A stretch of 54,163 nucleotides of DNA from Octopus sinensis (GCF_006345805.1 NW_021833831.1:1-54163), one strand, 5' to 3'. Positions 12,050 through 24,970 are shown, counted from the first letter of the stretch. Notes: generated by a model from the letters alone, not told the origin. Numbers and translations are program-made.

Positions 12050-13430
12050 ATAGTGATGTGACGAGGTAAGTTTGTCAGAACAGAAGGCGTACATATATGT
12101 CAACTGGTGAAATGATGAAGGCAATTGAGCCTGAATCTGGATGTAGATACCTTGTAATACTTTTTGAGCAGGTAGAATTAAGCATTATATTGTGAAATAC
12201 AAAACAAAAGAAAAGAAAAAGAAAGATCTGAGAAGAATTCTGAAGTCAAAGTTGAATGCTAGAAACGTAGTTTTGGCAATAAACTCGCGCGCTGCCGCTT
12301 TGCTTCGGTTTGAGGTAGGAATTGTTAGGCGGAGAGATGAGGATGAGCCGAGGCAGTTGGACAGGAAGACAAAAACGTCCCTAACAATAGATAGAGCTTA
12401 TTATTCTCATGCAGGCTCTGATCGCCCATACATTAAGAGAGCAAATAGAGGCAGGAGAGTGATAAGTGTGGAAAACTGCGGGCATATTGAACTTGGGAAC
12501 TTGCTGGAATACCTATCCCAAAGAGAGAAAACCTTGCTAGGGGCAGATAGAGATGCAGGTAGATTGAAAAAAAAAGAATAAAAGAAGAAATACAAGAAGA
12601 ATGTGAAGAACTACGCAACAAGGGACTTAATAATCAATTCCATATAGCCACAACTGAAGTTGCTGGAGAACATGGTTGAGACTGGGTGAAGAAAGGAACA
12701 CCCCAAAAATAGACACCATTCTGGCAGGTAAGACCAAGCTTTGGCCACAAATTGAAGGGTCAGATTAGAAATGAACAAGTGTTTCCACTGTGCTGAATAT
12801 GTAATAGAGATGACGAAAGCATTGTCCATATCGTAAAGGAATGCTCTTAGACTTGCCCAGAATTATTATAAGTTGTGGCGGCGCTATGAGGTAGCGAAAG
12901 TGCTACATTGGAAACTATGAAAAGTGGGGTTTAGAGAGAGAGAGAGGCAAGACATGGTAGGAGCACAAACCGCAGAGAGTGGCGGAGTCAGAGACCTTCA
13001 AAAGATGGTGGGATTTCCCAGTCCAACCAAGTGCTTAAGCACAAGCCGAACTTAATGATGATGGACAAAGTGAGCGTCCTGCGCTCTATCATTGACGCTG
13101 CGTGCTCCTTTGACCCATGAACAGTCAAGGAGAAACGCGAAAAAAAAAAAACGACATACAATCCTCTTAAATACGAGATAGCCCGACTATAGAAAATAAA
13201 GAAGGTAAAGATAGTGCCAATTATTTTTGGGTCCTCGGGGTTAGTATCAGAAGGCATCAAGCGGAATAGAAAGGAAATTGGAATAAAGTACCCAATAGAG
13301 TTGTTACGGAAGCTTTGCCTCCTTGGCACGGCCAGAAAACTGGTTGAAAAGAACAGATACCATGGTACCGTAGGATGCAGGTAGCAAGCCCGCTACCTAT
13401 ACAAGACTCCAAGAGTTCCAACGAAACCTG
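12050..13430 (+). mobile_element. Second, older R4/Dong-like RT-RLE fragment (thumb, RLE, 3' UTR)
   Basis: ILKSKLNARNVVLAINSRA..LDRKTK..GSDRPYIKRANRGRRVISVE, then LKYEIARL*KIKKVKIVPII..LRKLCLLGTAR. Confidence 0.75.
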
Positions 13431-13689
13431 AGTTAAAGAACAATATTATTGATGATGATTATGGAGGGGTAGATGAGTAATGGAACGAGGAAAGCTCCAC
13501 GAAATATGAGAGTACATGGTATGGTGAGGGGAACTGAAATAATTATATAGAACAGCTATTTCAATTCAAACACATCACCGTTTAAACCGATCGGAATATG
13601 ATATATCTCACATGCACTTGAAGGAAAAAGCCGTCTGCGTAGAGATATTAAGTATGTAGTAAACACGCTGTGTCTTGAAAAACTATTTA

Positions 13690-14130
13690 AAAGCAAAGAC
13701 ATGCAGACTGATTGATGCAACAATGCATCAGGAAAAGCTAAAGCCAAAATATATTTTCTCTCGTTGTATAAGGGAACAATATATAAGCAAACTAGGAAGC
13801 TGGTTTATACAAAAGAATGTGGTTTTAGATAAGGAAACAAAGCAAAGAAAAATGTAAAAGCAAAACAAAGGGGAAAAGGATAAAAATCATAGTTGAAAAG
13901 CAAAAGAAAAAAAATCAAGAGAAAGAACAAAACCCCTTCCTCCGCCAGAGTCAGTGTATTCAGGGAGAAAGTGGACTAATATACAATGGAACAATGGTTA
14001 AAAAGCTCGAGAATAAACAGATGAATGCCTAAACACAAGATCAATGCCTGGTCCAAACATTTACTACTTAATGGAGTAACAAGAGGTTAATGACACTACA
14101 CAGACTTCAGCCTATAAAAATCATCTTAAA
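13690..14130 (+). mobile_element. Very decayed R4/Dong-like remnant
   Basis: EQWLKSSRI and TQDQCL at ~13990-14065 match the WLRSSGLK..QDQ block. Confidence 0.35.
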
Positions 14131-14154
14131 GAATAGATCATATCATCATCATCG

Positions 14155-14208
<54 letters not shown>

Positions 14209-14265
14209 TATTATTATTATTATTATTATTATTTATTATTATTATTATTATATTATTATTATTAT

Positions 14266-16995
14266 CCGTAGTTTTATTTTTATAGCGTGCTTTCACTTCA
14301 CTACCGAGCGCAGCTCTGTGTGCCTTGGGTATGTGCTGTGATTTGTTGTGATGCTCTGATGGTTATTGTATGGAAAGTGTTCTGCGTAGGATGTGTGCAG
14401 TGCCTAGTAGTGCAATTTTCTGTATGTTATATGTGTTTGTAAGTCCTGGTGTTTTTGTTATGTATTTGTCTGAATATTTTTTTATCATGCCTATGATAGG
14501 AGTTGTTTCTGTTTTTAGATTCCACATTCTGGTTACCTCTATTTCCAGGTCTTTGTATTTTGAAAGTTTCTCCATTTCTTTTAGAGACAGGTTGTCATCT
14601 GCCGGTATTGATACATCAATTAGAAAGCATGTTTTTTTCTTCATGATCTCTGACAACTATATCTGGTCTGTTGGCCTTAATTTCTCTATCTGTGTGAATC
14701 GGCATATCCCAGAGTATGGTTGCTTTCTCGTTTTCTGTGACCTTTTCTGGTGTGTGCCTATACCATCTTTTTTCTGTTGTTATTCCATAATGTTGGCATA
14801 GTTTCCAGTGTATATAGGTCCCAACTCTGTCATCTCTGTGAATATATTCTTTCTTAGCCAGGACTGGGCAGCCAGAGATAATATGATTTATTGTTTCTTG
14901 TCCATCTCCACATATTCTGCAGTTACTTGTTATATTTCTTTTCATTACATGTTTTTGGTAATTTCTGGTGGGGAGGCTTTGGTCTTGTGCTGCAATTAAA
15001 AATCCTTCTGTCTCTGCTTTGAGTCCTGAGCTTCTCAACCATTGCTCAGATTTTTCTTTGTCTATTTCTTTTGCATTTAGTTTAGTCTAGTATTTACCAT
15101 GAAAGGGCTTTTCTTGCCATCGTTTTATCATGGTTCTTTGCTGTTCTAGTTCTAGTTTGGATTTCATTTGTTTTAAAGCTTTTGTTGTTTCTTCTTCTTC
15201 TTCTTCTTCTTCTTCTTCTTCTTCTTCTTCTTCTTCTCTTCTTCTTCTTCTTCTTCTTTCTTCTTCTTCTTCTCTTCTTCTTCTTCTCTTCTTCTTCTTC
15301 TTCTTATTCTTCTTCTTCATATTTGTTAGGTGGTATGATTTCTTGTTTGTATTTGTCAGCTTCCTTAAATACTGAGAACAGTTTTTTGTTTTGCTCGTGT
15401 ATTGCCGCTATCTGGATCAGTTTTCCTTCCTTCTGTAGTAGATATTTTTGCAGTCCTATGGTGGTTATTTTATAGTAGTTTTCCAGCTGTATAAGGCCTC
15501 TACCACCTTCTATACGTTGTATATATAGTCTTTCTATGTCAGATTTTGGGTGATGCCTCCTAGATCCTGTCATTATTTTTTTGTTTTCCTATCTATTTTG
15601 GTCAGTTCATTTAGTGTCCAGTTAAGGATATTGTAGCTGTAACTTATAACTGGGACAGCTAAAGTGTTAATACCTATTATCTTGTTTATAGCATTGAGCT
15701 CTGTTTTTAGTATTGATCTAACTCGTCTATAATATTCTTTTTTTTATTTTCTCTTTCATTTGTGTGTGTTGTGTCTTATCTAGTTCATGGATTCCTAAGT
15801 ATTTGTAAGTTTGGCTTTGGTCTAATTCTTTTATTTCATTGGTTTTATCTAGTGTGATGTTGCTACTCTTAACTAGTTTTCCTCTTTTCAGGGTTACTTT
15901 GGCGCATTTTCTAATCTAAATTACATATCTATTTCTTTGGTAAACCCATGATTTACCAAAGAAACAGTCTTTAATAGTGTTTCCAGCTGTTTGTCATTTG
16001 CAGCGTATAGTTTTAGGTCATCCATATATAAAAGGTGGCTGATCGTTTTGCCGTAACATTTATATCCGCATCCGGTTCTATTTAGCATAGATAGAGGTGA
16101 CAGTGCCAAGCAGAAAAGGAGTGGAGCGTATCTCCCTGGAATATTCCTCTTCTAATGGGGATGGCTTTGGTTTTCATGAGTCCCTGTTTTGTTTGGAGCT
16201 GTAGCACTGTTTGCCATTTATTCATAGAGTGTCCTATGAATTTTATAATTGTTGGTGCTACTTTGTTAATGGCTTGTGTTTCGAGGATCCATGTGTGGGG
16301 GATGCTATCAAACGCCTTTTTGTAATCGATCCTGGCCATACTGAGGCCTTTCTTCTTTCTGTGGCTGTCTTCAGTTATGGCTGTATTGATCATTAGTTGA
16401 TCTTTACAGCCATATGACCCTTTGCGGCATCTTTTCTTCTCTTCTGGAAACAGGTTGTTTTCGTCCAGAAGCGTGTTCAATCTTTGCGATATTACTGCAG
16501 TAAATGCTTTGTATATTGTAGGGAGACAGGTTATAGGTCTGTAGTTTTCTGGTTTTGCTGTCTCATTGGATTTGGGAATTAAGATGGTTTTCCCCTTCGT
16601 GAGCCATTCAGGCATTGTCTCTGGCTCTGCTAGTATGTTGTTAAAGTTTTCAGCCAGCTTTTTGTGCATTCCTGTTAGATATTCCTGTTGCTTAGTCTTT
16701 GCAGTGCCTGGGTGACTTCTTCAGTTGTTATGGGGGTCCAAAGTTGCTCAGATGCTGAGTTTGTTGTTTTAATACTCCTTTTTTTTGGTTGTTCGTTCGC
16801 CGACCATATTTCTCTCCAGAATTCTTCCACTTCTGCCGTTGGTGCTGCAGTGATTTCTATTTTATTTTTGCCAAGTTCTTGGTAGAAGTTTTTGGGGTTG
16901 GAGTTAAACTTTTTGTTTTGTTCAAAGAAACGGTGGCGTTTCTCGTACCGGCGAATCCTTTGTGCTTTGGCAAGGATATCTTGCTTTAGCTTTTC

Positions 16996-16997
<2 letters not shown>
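14266..16997 (-). mobile_element. R4/Dong-type RT-RLE non-LTR retrotransposon, 5'-truncated, bounded by (TAA)n on both sides
   Basis: PEWLTKGKTILIPK..PENYRPITCL, ARIDYKKAFDSIPHTW, RGIFQGD, LLYMDDLKLYA, HPKSDIERLY..GGRGL, CRICGDGQETINHIISGC, RPDIVVRD, KLSKYKDLEIE, GTAHILRRTL; 3' UTR ends in (TAA)n. Confidence 0.96.
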
Positions 16998-17075
<78 letters not shown>

Positions 17076-17249
17076 CATTCAGTAGTTTTATTTTTATAGC
17101 GTGCTTTCACTTCACTACCGAGCGCAGCTCTGTGTGCCTTGGGTATGTGCTGTGATTTGTTGTGATGCTCTGATGGTTATTGTATGGAAAGTGTTCTGCG
17201 TAGGATGTGTGCAGTGCCTAGTAGTGCAATTTTCTGTATGTTATATGTG

Positions 17250-17252
<3 letters not shown>
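17076..17252 (-). mobile_element. ~175-nt 3'-end copy of the same R4/Dong element, in tandem
   Basis: Essentially identical to 14268-14445; (TAA)n on both sides. Confidence 0.95.
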
Positions 17253-17321
<69 letters not shown>

Positions 17322-17689
17322 CATTATTATTATTATTATTACCTATCATTTCCTTGTTATACAGGTTGAATATAAGTCAATGAGATGGATAGTTGTTAGA
17401 AATATTTGCCACACAAATTCTTTGAGATCTTTAGTGTTATACTTTGGTATACATAAGTATGCCAATGTCGGTATTCCGAGATGGAGACGATCTTACAAAT
17501 CACCCACAACCGTCATCCCCACCATGAAACTAAATATCTATAATTCTAAGATTTCTGATCGATCTATCGATGAATTGCGATGGCTGAAGTATCACATGGA
17601 AGGGGGAAAATCCCAGTCAGTCGTCACTGGCAACCGTGTATAGGATAGTAAGATGTATCACACTTACTGTAATTGTTTTAGAGGTCAAT

Positions 17690-17925
17690 ATAGTTGCAAG
17701 CAGACCCAGGCACCTTTGCGACCCCGTCACCCTTGATCAAGTGGAACATTCAGGATATGCCTGTTGGAGGAGAGAAGCCTGCGCCAACCCCGTAGCGGAT
17801 ACTCATTTACAACTCAGTAGACTGGAACAACGCGAAATAAGTTGCCTTGTCCAAGAATAAAACGCGACAGCCTGTCTAAGAAATGAACCCACGAACTTAT
17901 GATCGTCAACCGGTCACAGTACCTA
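17690..17925 (-). mobile_element. Diverged tRNA-derived (CORE-like) SINE
   Basis: tactcatttacaactcagtagactggaacaacgcgaaataagttgccttgtccaagaa..gaacccacgaac resembles a SINE core on minus. Confidence 0.55.
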
Positions 17926-18289
17926 ATAAGACACTTGCCTCACCTCCACAGAAAGTTAGCCGTACGGTTTCAAACTACAAGCACATAGAAATGGAAATAA
18001 ACAATAAATTATAATATAACCCTTTCTACTATAGGCTCAAGGCCTGAATTTAGATGGGAGTAAAGCAATTGATTAGGTCGATATATATCTTTAGTATCTC
18101 TTTCGCTGTCTTCGGCGCTTTGACATTTTGAGAACCCACTTCTCGTCACCTGTCACTACTATTCGTGAGATGTGACAGCAAAGAAGAGCACACATTCACT
18201 TTCTGCGCGCGATTAACTCGGAAAGTTTGTGAGGAATCCATTGATCCAATTTGCTGACTTTTCCGATGACACGCAGTTGTCGAGGAATA

Positions 18290-18416
18290 GTTGGATGACG
18301 CTTATTGTCCGATCCCCATATATTACATTAATATTCCTTGCACTTTCCGCTGCATTGTTGCCTTTATTGAACTCATAAAGGAAAATAAGCCCAATATACT
18401 CCTATGTGACATCCAT
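18290..18416 (-). mobile_element. Mariner transposase N-terminal HTH fragment
   Basis: MDVT*EYIGLIFLYEFNKGNNAAESARNINVIYGDRTISV. Confidence 0.8.
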
Positions 18417-18543
18417 TATAGCTTTGAAAAATAAGTGTTAAAATCGAACCGCGGTCTTCAAAATTTGTACTAAGAATCAGGCCAAAGCAAAATTACTTCC
18501 CGTTCATGCAACTGAAAAAACTGCATTATTTATGATGTGACAC

Positions 18544-18612
<69 letters not shown>

Positions 18613-19129
18613 CACACACAATATTATATATACACCATACAATCTTCCAAAACTAGAAATCCTTAATCAAATATTGTCTTAGCCATCGTCTGACAACCAG
18701 TGGAAACAATCACGCAACATCAATATTGGTTACACTGCAAACAACTAAACACCACAGATCAATATCCCTTTAACAAGTTCATCCTTACGAGAGTGGAGGA
18801 CAATTCAAAACAAAGAAACCAGAAGATTCACATACAACAAACATTCAAACATATATTTCCATCATTAGTTGCCCAACGAATATCATTGTGATTTCTACAC
18901 CTGCGAAGTCCCGTTCAACTCAGCAGTGTCAGTGGCGTTAAAAACAACTGCTACCTGTGTCAAATCTACAGCCACAAACATAAATAAAAAAAAATAGTGC
19001 CCACAAAACAAATAAATATCTTCAGAAAGGACATTGTTTCCTAAAAACTATGGAACCAAGAAATGTGTGTGTGTGTGTGTGTGTGTGCGTGCGTGTATAT
19101 TTGTGTGCGTGCGTGCATGCTTGTGTGCG

Positions 19130-19330
19130 TGCGTGTGTGTACCACCCCACCCTACTTGACTGCCAGTGCTGGTTTATTTACGTCCCTCTAACTTGAGTTG
19201 TTCGAAAAAAGACTAAAGGATAGAATAAGTACCAAATATGTACTGGGGTCGATTCGATCAACTAAACAATGCAAGATGGAGCCCCCGCATGGCCGCAGTC
19301 GTATAAGTGAAACAAGTCAACGAGTAAAGG
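19130..19330 (+). mobile_element. Family-A SINE 3' half, diverged
   Basis: gatagaataagtacc..tactggggtcgattcg..gcatggccgcag. Confidence 0.7.
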
Positions 19331-19677
19331 AATATAATGACAACATAGAATTGCACGATTTTTAATTCACGTGACATCGTCGATAAAAATGGACTACAAA
19401 TAAAAAATAAAGATTAAATATTGGTTTTATTCTCAATTGAAATATTTGTGAGGAAAGGGAACGGGTTTTTCTTTTAGAAAACATGTTTTTTTTATTTAAT
19501 GGTTTAATTCTGCCATCAAACCAGTTATCTCTAAACACGATGAAATTATGTTGATCTGCAAAACTTGCATTAGTGTTCAGTCGTATCGACACACGAGGCG
19601 GAAATGCCACCATTGTGAATATTCCCTCGTGCCTGTTGTAACTGATGAGGTGAAACGTAGTAACAGTTCGGGATTAT

Positions 19678-19757
<80 letters not shown>

Positions 19758-19997
19758 AGAGAGAGAGAAAGAGAAGCTGGAGGGGGAGAGTAACTAAGAG
19801 TTAGTCTTTCATGCATCACTGGACTCTAGTAAGTTATGAAGTAGTCAGATGAAGAGAAAGAGGGGAGAAAGAGAAAGTGAGAGAAAAAGAGAGAGTATAA
19901 GAGAGAACGAAAGAATGAAAGGCGCGCACACACGCATATATATATCTGTGTGTAACAGATATAGATAAGTATGTATGCAGTAACATATATATGTAAG

Positions 19998-20074
<77 letters not shown>

Positions 20075-20096
20075 TATATAACATGTGTGCGTGTGT

Positions 20097-20310
20097 GGAG
20101 GCGCGTGGTTTAGTAGTAAGATTCATGATCGTACGATTGTGGTTTCGATTCCTGGACCAGGCGATGCGGCGTGTTCTTTCACGTTGCTCATCCCACTCAA
20201 CTGGCAAAAATGAGTAACCCGCAACGGATCAGCGTCTCGTCCTGGTCGGAAATATATACGCCACTGAAACCGGGAAACCCGTCCTTATGAGTCTGGCATG
20301 GCTCGAGAAG
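20097..20310 (+). mobile_element. tRNA-derived SINE (separate family)
   Basis: ggaggcgcgtggtttagtagtaag..ggtttcgattcctggacc head. Confidence 0.7.
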
Positions 20311-20318
20311 GCCCTATG

Positions 20319-20373
<55 letters not shown>

Positions 20374-20389
20374 ATATACATATATATAT

Positions 20390-20885
20390 AGTACGTTTAA
20401 ATATTTGTTGTGCAAGATTTTTTATGTGAAGTCGTGTGTTGAAACAGATATTGTTATATTTCGGAATGGTCATATTGCCAGTTTAGCCAATAAAAACACA
20501 CGCACTATATATTTGGTGTTATTTTGCTTCAGTGATATTATTTTTTACATTAATCTTAATCTTATTTCGGCCAAAGTTCTTTCGTCACACTCCTGTGACC
20601 GCATCAGTGGTCCTTTGTTTTCTTCTCACTTACTTGTGTCTCTCCTTACTAACCGTCAGCCAAAAACAAAATGGCTGACGGTTAGTAAGGAGAGACACAA
20701 GTAAGTGAGAAGAAAACAAAGGACCACTGATGCGGTCACAGGAGTGTGACGAAAGAACTTTGGCCGAAATAAGATTAAGATTAATGTAAAAAATAAATAT
20801 CACTGAAGCAAAATAACACCAATATATAGTGCGTGTGTTTTTATTGGCTAAACTGGCAATATGACCATTCCGAATATAACAATAT
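20390..20885. repeat. Fold-back element (~215-nt arms, 9-nt loop, one-sided ~55-nt extension) in (TA)n; HHR-like motif in both arms
   Basis: Apex ccgtcagcca-aaaacaaaa-tggctgacgg. Homologues at 40390-40675 and 22375-22620. Confidence 0.9.
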
Positions 20886-20895
20886 ATATATATAT

Positions 20896-20939
<44 letters not shown>

Positions 20940-20943
<4 letters not shown>

Positions 20944-22150
20944 GAAATATGTTACAAAAGAAATATAAAATACACGTGGAAATGTAAGGGGAAAATATGA
21001 AAAATCAACGAAAATGCATATTGTAAATAAAAAAAGAAAAGGCTTCTTATGAAAGGTAACGACAGATATATACATTTAGATGGACTGAAGTAATCATAAA
21101 AGTCATTATTATGAGATGATTAAAAAGTCAGAAAGAAAAGCATACCATGGTTTCGTCATAAGCTATTCATTGTTTTGAATAAACACCGGCTAATGAACGG
21201 TGTCAGGTCTAATAGTTCCTGAGTAAAAAGAATATTTGTAAGGGAGGTAAGTAGTTCTGGATTTAGTGCAGTTGGGTTAGATATAGAATTGTAATGTGAA
21301 TGGTGTAGGGAGTGTACAGGGGTTAGTAGTGTTAATTGAAGGGTTAGTGGTGTTCTGTATTAAGTTGTGTGTTCATATTTAGTTGGGGAAGATATTTATT
21401 GATGAAAATTGCCTCTTTATTTAACCTTTGTTGCATTGAGGTGTTCTGTGAACATTGATAGAAGGGGAAGATTTGGAAATAAGGATTAAGATTCCTGACA
21501 CACCTCTCTATGTGTTCACTAACCTGTAACTGTCTGTATTGTGGGTGGCAAATTTGTTCTTTATGGATGGTGGTTCTTCGATGGAGTGATATTCCTGTTT
21601 GTCCAATATAGTGGTTACCACATCCTAAGCATGTCATGGCATAGAGCAGATTTTCCGAGGCGCAGGTGAAATTTGATTTGATCTTAAATATTTCTCCTTG
21701 TTAGAAGTGAAATTCTGAACCCTCCAAAAGGTGGGGGCATGTTACACAGTTAGGACGACCACATTTTTTCACTTTTGGCTCTGTTGTTAGTGGATATAGT
21801 CTTACGCTGGTTAATATTTTTTTCAGTGACTTCGGTTGCTTTTTGATTTTTATAATTTTCTATGAGCTTAAAATTTCGTTCATTGTTTTGTCTACTGTGA
21901 GGCTGGGAAGATTTTGGGCGATAATGTTGAAGGCTTCGTTGTTTCTAGGGTTATGTGTGGAAATGTACGGAAGTATTTTTAAGTCTGGTTTGGTATTTCG
22001 GCTGGCTTGCCTTAATATTTGTATATCTATTTCCTTAGCTCTTTTAATGCCATCATTTATTAATGAGCTTGTGTAATGTCTTTTAGTTAGTGTTGATCTA
22101 AGTTCAAGGAGTCTTTGTTCACGAGTATATGTATCCGAAACTATGGTACA
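20940..22150 (-). mobile_element. Penelope-like element, 5'-truncated: RT thumb, GIY-YIG endonuclease and pLTR/3' region
   Basis: YTREQRLLELRSTLTKRHY..LPYISTHNPRN; CGRPNCVTC; LLYAMTCLGCGNHYIGQTG..RRTTIHKEQ..EH..KEAIFINKYLPQLN. Confidence 0.92.
21138..21175 (-). ncRNA. Minimal type I hammerhead-like motif, A3-U8 variant, in the Penelope 3' region
   Basis: aaaca-ATGAATA-gcttatgac-GAAAC-catg-GTA-tgctt; stem I 4/5 pairs, palindromic stem III, weak stem II. Confidence 0.5.
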
Positions 22151-22161
22151 ATATATATATG

Positions 22162-22241
<80 letters not shown>

Positions 22242-22293
22242 AAATTAAAAAAGGAAAATACGCACACTTACATGGTTTTAATATAATTTTTAA

Positions 22294-22331
22294 TATATCG
22301 ACCAGGTTTCGCTCTCGCTATTCATGATATA
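22294..22331 (-). ncRNA. Minimal type I hammerhead, A3-U8 variant
   Basis: tatatc-ATGAATA-GC gaga GC-GAAAC-ctg-GTC-gatata; 6-bp stem I, GNRA-capped 2-bp stem II. Confidence 0.65.
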
Positions 22332-22374
22332 ATGTTTAATTTTTATATATATATATATATATACATATTCATTG

Positions 22375-22466
22375 ATTTGGTTCTCATTCTGCCTCATTGT
22401 TGTATTTGGGGATGGTCATTTTTGCCAATTAACCACATGCATTATATACTTGGTCTTCACTTCAGC

Positions 22467-22502
<36 letters not shown>

Positions 22503-22620
22503 GTTGTTGTTGTTGTTGTTTTTATTGTGTTCTTTGCCTGAAACCTTTCCTCACACATCCTGTGACCTCTTCAACCACTCTCCATCTTATGTCTCTTCTT
22601 GTTTTGTTTAGACCACTCTG
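22375..22620 (-). repeat. Diverged single-arm relative of the 20390-20885 family
   Basis: aaatgaccatccccaaatacaacaat is similar to atgaccattccgaaatataacaat; TTGAAGA-G-GTCACA-ggatg-TGTGAG-GAAA at 22536-22576. Confidence 0.6.
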
Positions 22621-22703
22621 CCTTGCTGTAGTGTGTATTCTTAGTTGTGATGTATCTGTCTGTATCTCTGTGTGTGTGTCTGAGAGAGAGAGAGAGAGAG
22701 AAG

Positions 22704-22735
<32 letters not shown>

Positions 22736-23774
22736 GAGATAAAGAAATCTATTACAAAACTGGACTAATTCGTTTATTAAAAGTGCTCCGTAAAAATGAA
22801 AGGCAAACTTAACCTGGGCGGGATGTGAACTGAGAACACAGGGAAATACTGCAAAGTATTTTATCCGACGCTTCCTTTCGCCATCCTTTATGTATAAAAC
22901 ATAATTTGCTCGAGGATATACATATCCATTTGCAATACGTTCCCACAAATTCGAATTCGAATTGGTCAATTACTTTTGTTTTCTGCCATTCGAGGTGAAC
23001 TTCTTTCAAGCAAATGTGTGTTCATAACACGCTCGATTAATTATGGTAAGGCGATTTTAGGAGACACCCGGTGTTTTGACGCTATTGTGAGTTCTTAGCC
23101 AAAGCCATCCATTACTAATGAATCTAATACTATCGTCCTAATGTTTGGCACTTTTCTATTAAACGATAAGTTACAAGTGTAATCTCTTCATTAATTACAG
23201 TACGCATTGACTTCATATTATAATTTTAATAAGTGTAAGATAATACAGCGCTGCTGGGCGAAGTTATCCTAACGAAGTGCTGCGAATAAAATGTTTTTCC
23301 ATCCAATACAATGAACTATTACACCCGTCCAAATTTTTTTTAATTAGTATTCTTCAGAAATTTCTTGACTAATTGCGCTTAAAATAATTAATTATTTCGA
23401 TTAATATCTCATCTCACAACGTACACTATTTAAATCAATATACCCACTTGAAACATTAGCTTCAAATAACGATGTCTATAACATAATGTATATATATCGT
23501 TATTTTATATAATTGATTATTTATATAATATATAATTAAACGTAAAACGATACTAGCTGTAATAAGTTTTTCTCAGAGAAACTTCGCAATTTTATGTCCA
23601 CAGAAGTCTCTTTGAGAAGTTTCTAAGACAAAATGTTGAAGTTAAGTCCATTCTACGTTTGCGTATACATTATGAATATACACACACTTTATTATTATAA
23701 TCTAATGCTGATTTAAGTGCGTACACACTCACACACATATACATACACATATATACAAACACACATAAAAGTAC

Positions 23775-23975
23775 ATTTTTGTGTGTTTGTATATTTTTAT
23801 TCCTCTGACCGCTTGACAACCGGTGCTGGTTTGTTTATGCCATAGTAACTTAGTGGTACTGCGAAAGAGACCGATAGAATTAGTACAAGATAAAAAGATG
23901 TAACTACTAGAGTCAGTATATTCATCTCAGTTCCTTAAGGCAGTGCCCCAGTATGGTCACAATTAGGTAAGCATA
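23775..23975 (+). mobile_element. Family-A SINE 3' half
   Basis: gcttgacaaccggtgctgg..gagaccgatagaattagtac. Confidence 0.7.
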
Positions 23976-24175
23976 CAAAAGAATATATCCACGAGACTAA
24001 GACATCTAATATCAATTAGAGATCTGGTTATCAAAACGTAATCTGGTTGTCAGTATTGTTCACTAACATAAACACCAGATCTACAATACGGATGAAGGCT
24101 ACACTCGATTATATGGACTCCATTACTTGACCCCTACTTTATTTTATCGACTGCAGGAGGTGAATGGGAAAGCCT

Positions 24176-24233
<58 letters not shown>

Positions 24234-24319
24234 CATACATACATACATACATACATGCATACATACATACATACACACATTTAACCATGCTTATATATAT
24301 ATACCCGCATACATACAAA

Positions 24320-24970
24320 GGATATAGTGTTGGAGTTTAGTGAGGATAAATGTTGTTATATGGTTGTGAAAAGAGGGAAAACAGTAAACCAGACTAGCAA
24401 CATCTCCATCAATGACTTAACTGTTTCCCCTAGATCTGACGAGGAATGTTATAAGTATCTAGGGGTGGATGAAAACATATCTTACAATGGCATCTGTAAC
24501 AAAACACGTTTCACTAAAGAATATTACAGCCGAATAAAGAAAAGTTGGACCTCGGAACTCTCTGCATTCAATAAAACAGTGGCCCACAATGTGTTTGCAG
24601 TGCCAGTACTCATACCAACATTTTGGGCTGCTTGAGTGGACGCTTGATGAGATCTGAACCATTGATGAGAAAACCCGGAAGATACTAAGAAGCACACATA
24701 ATTTCCACATCAACAGTGACGTAGACCGCCTCTACCTAAAACGGAAACAAGGCGGCAGAGGCTTAACATCGATCCAATCTACCTTTGAATGTCGTATTGT
24801 ATCCCTTCGGCAACATCTTTTAACTACCAAGTGTCGATGTGTATTCCTAGACCAAGTTTGCGTACATGAGGCTGATAACAACATAAGACTTGGAAGGCAG
24901 CTCTTTGAGCAGCATGAGAAGACAAACATAAAACAAACAAAAAAAAATACAAATATACATACATGCAAAA
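24320..24970 (+). mobile_element. R4/Dong-type RT-thumb fragment (third family)
   Basis: EFSEDKC..YKYLGVDE..SELSAFNKTVAHNVFAVPVL..IDEKTRKIL..SDVDRLYLKRKQGGRGL. Confidence 0.85.

Noticed and set aside
20448-20885. Classical DNA-transposon MITE interpretation of the fold-backs
   Set aside because: Arms are asymmetric, TSDs cannot be defined in (TA)n, and hammerhead or Penelope signatures lie inside. The Penelope origin is favoured but not proven.
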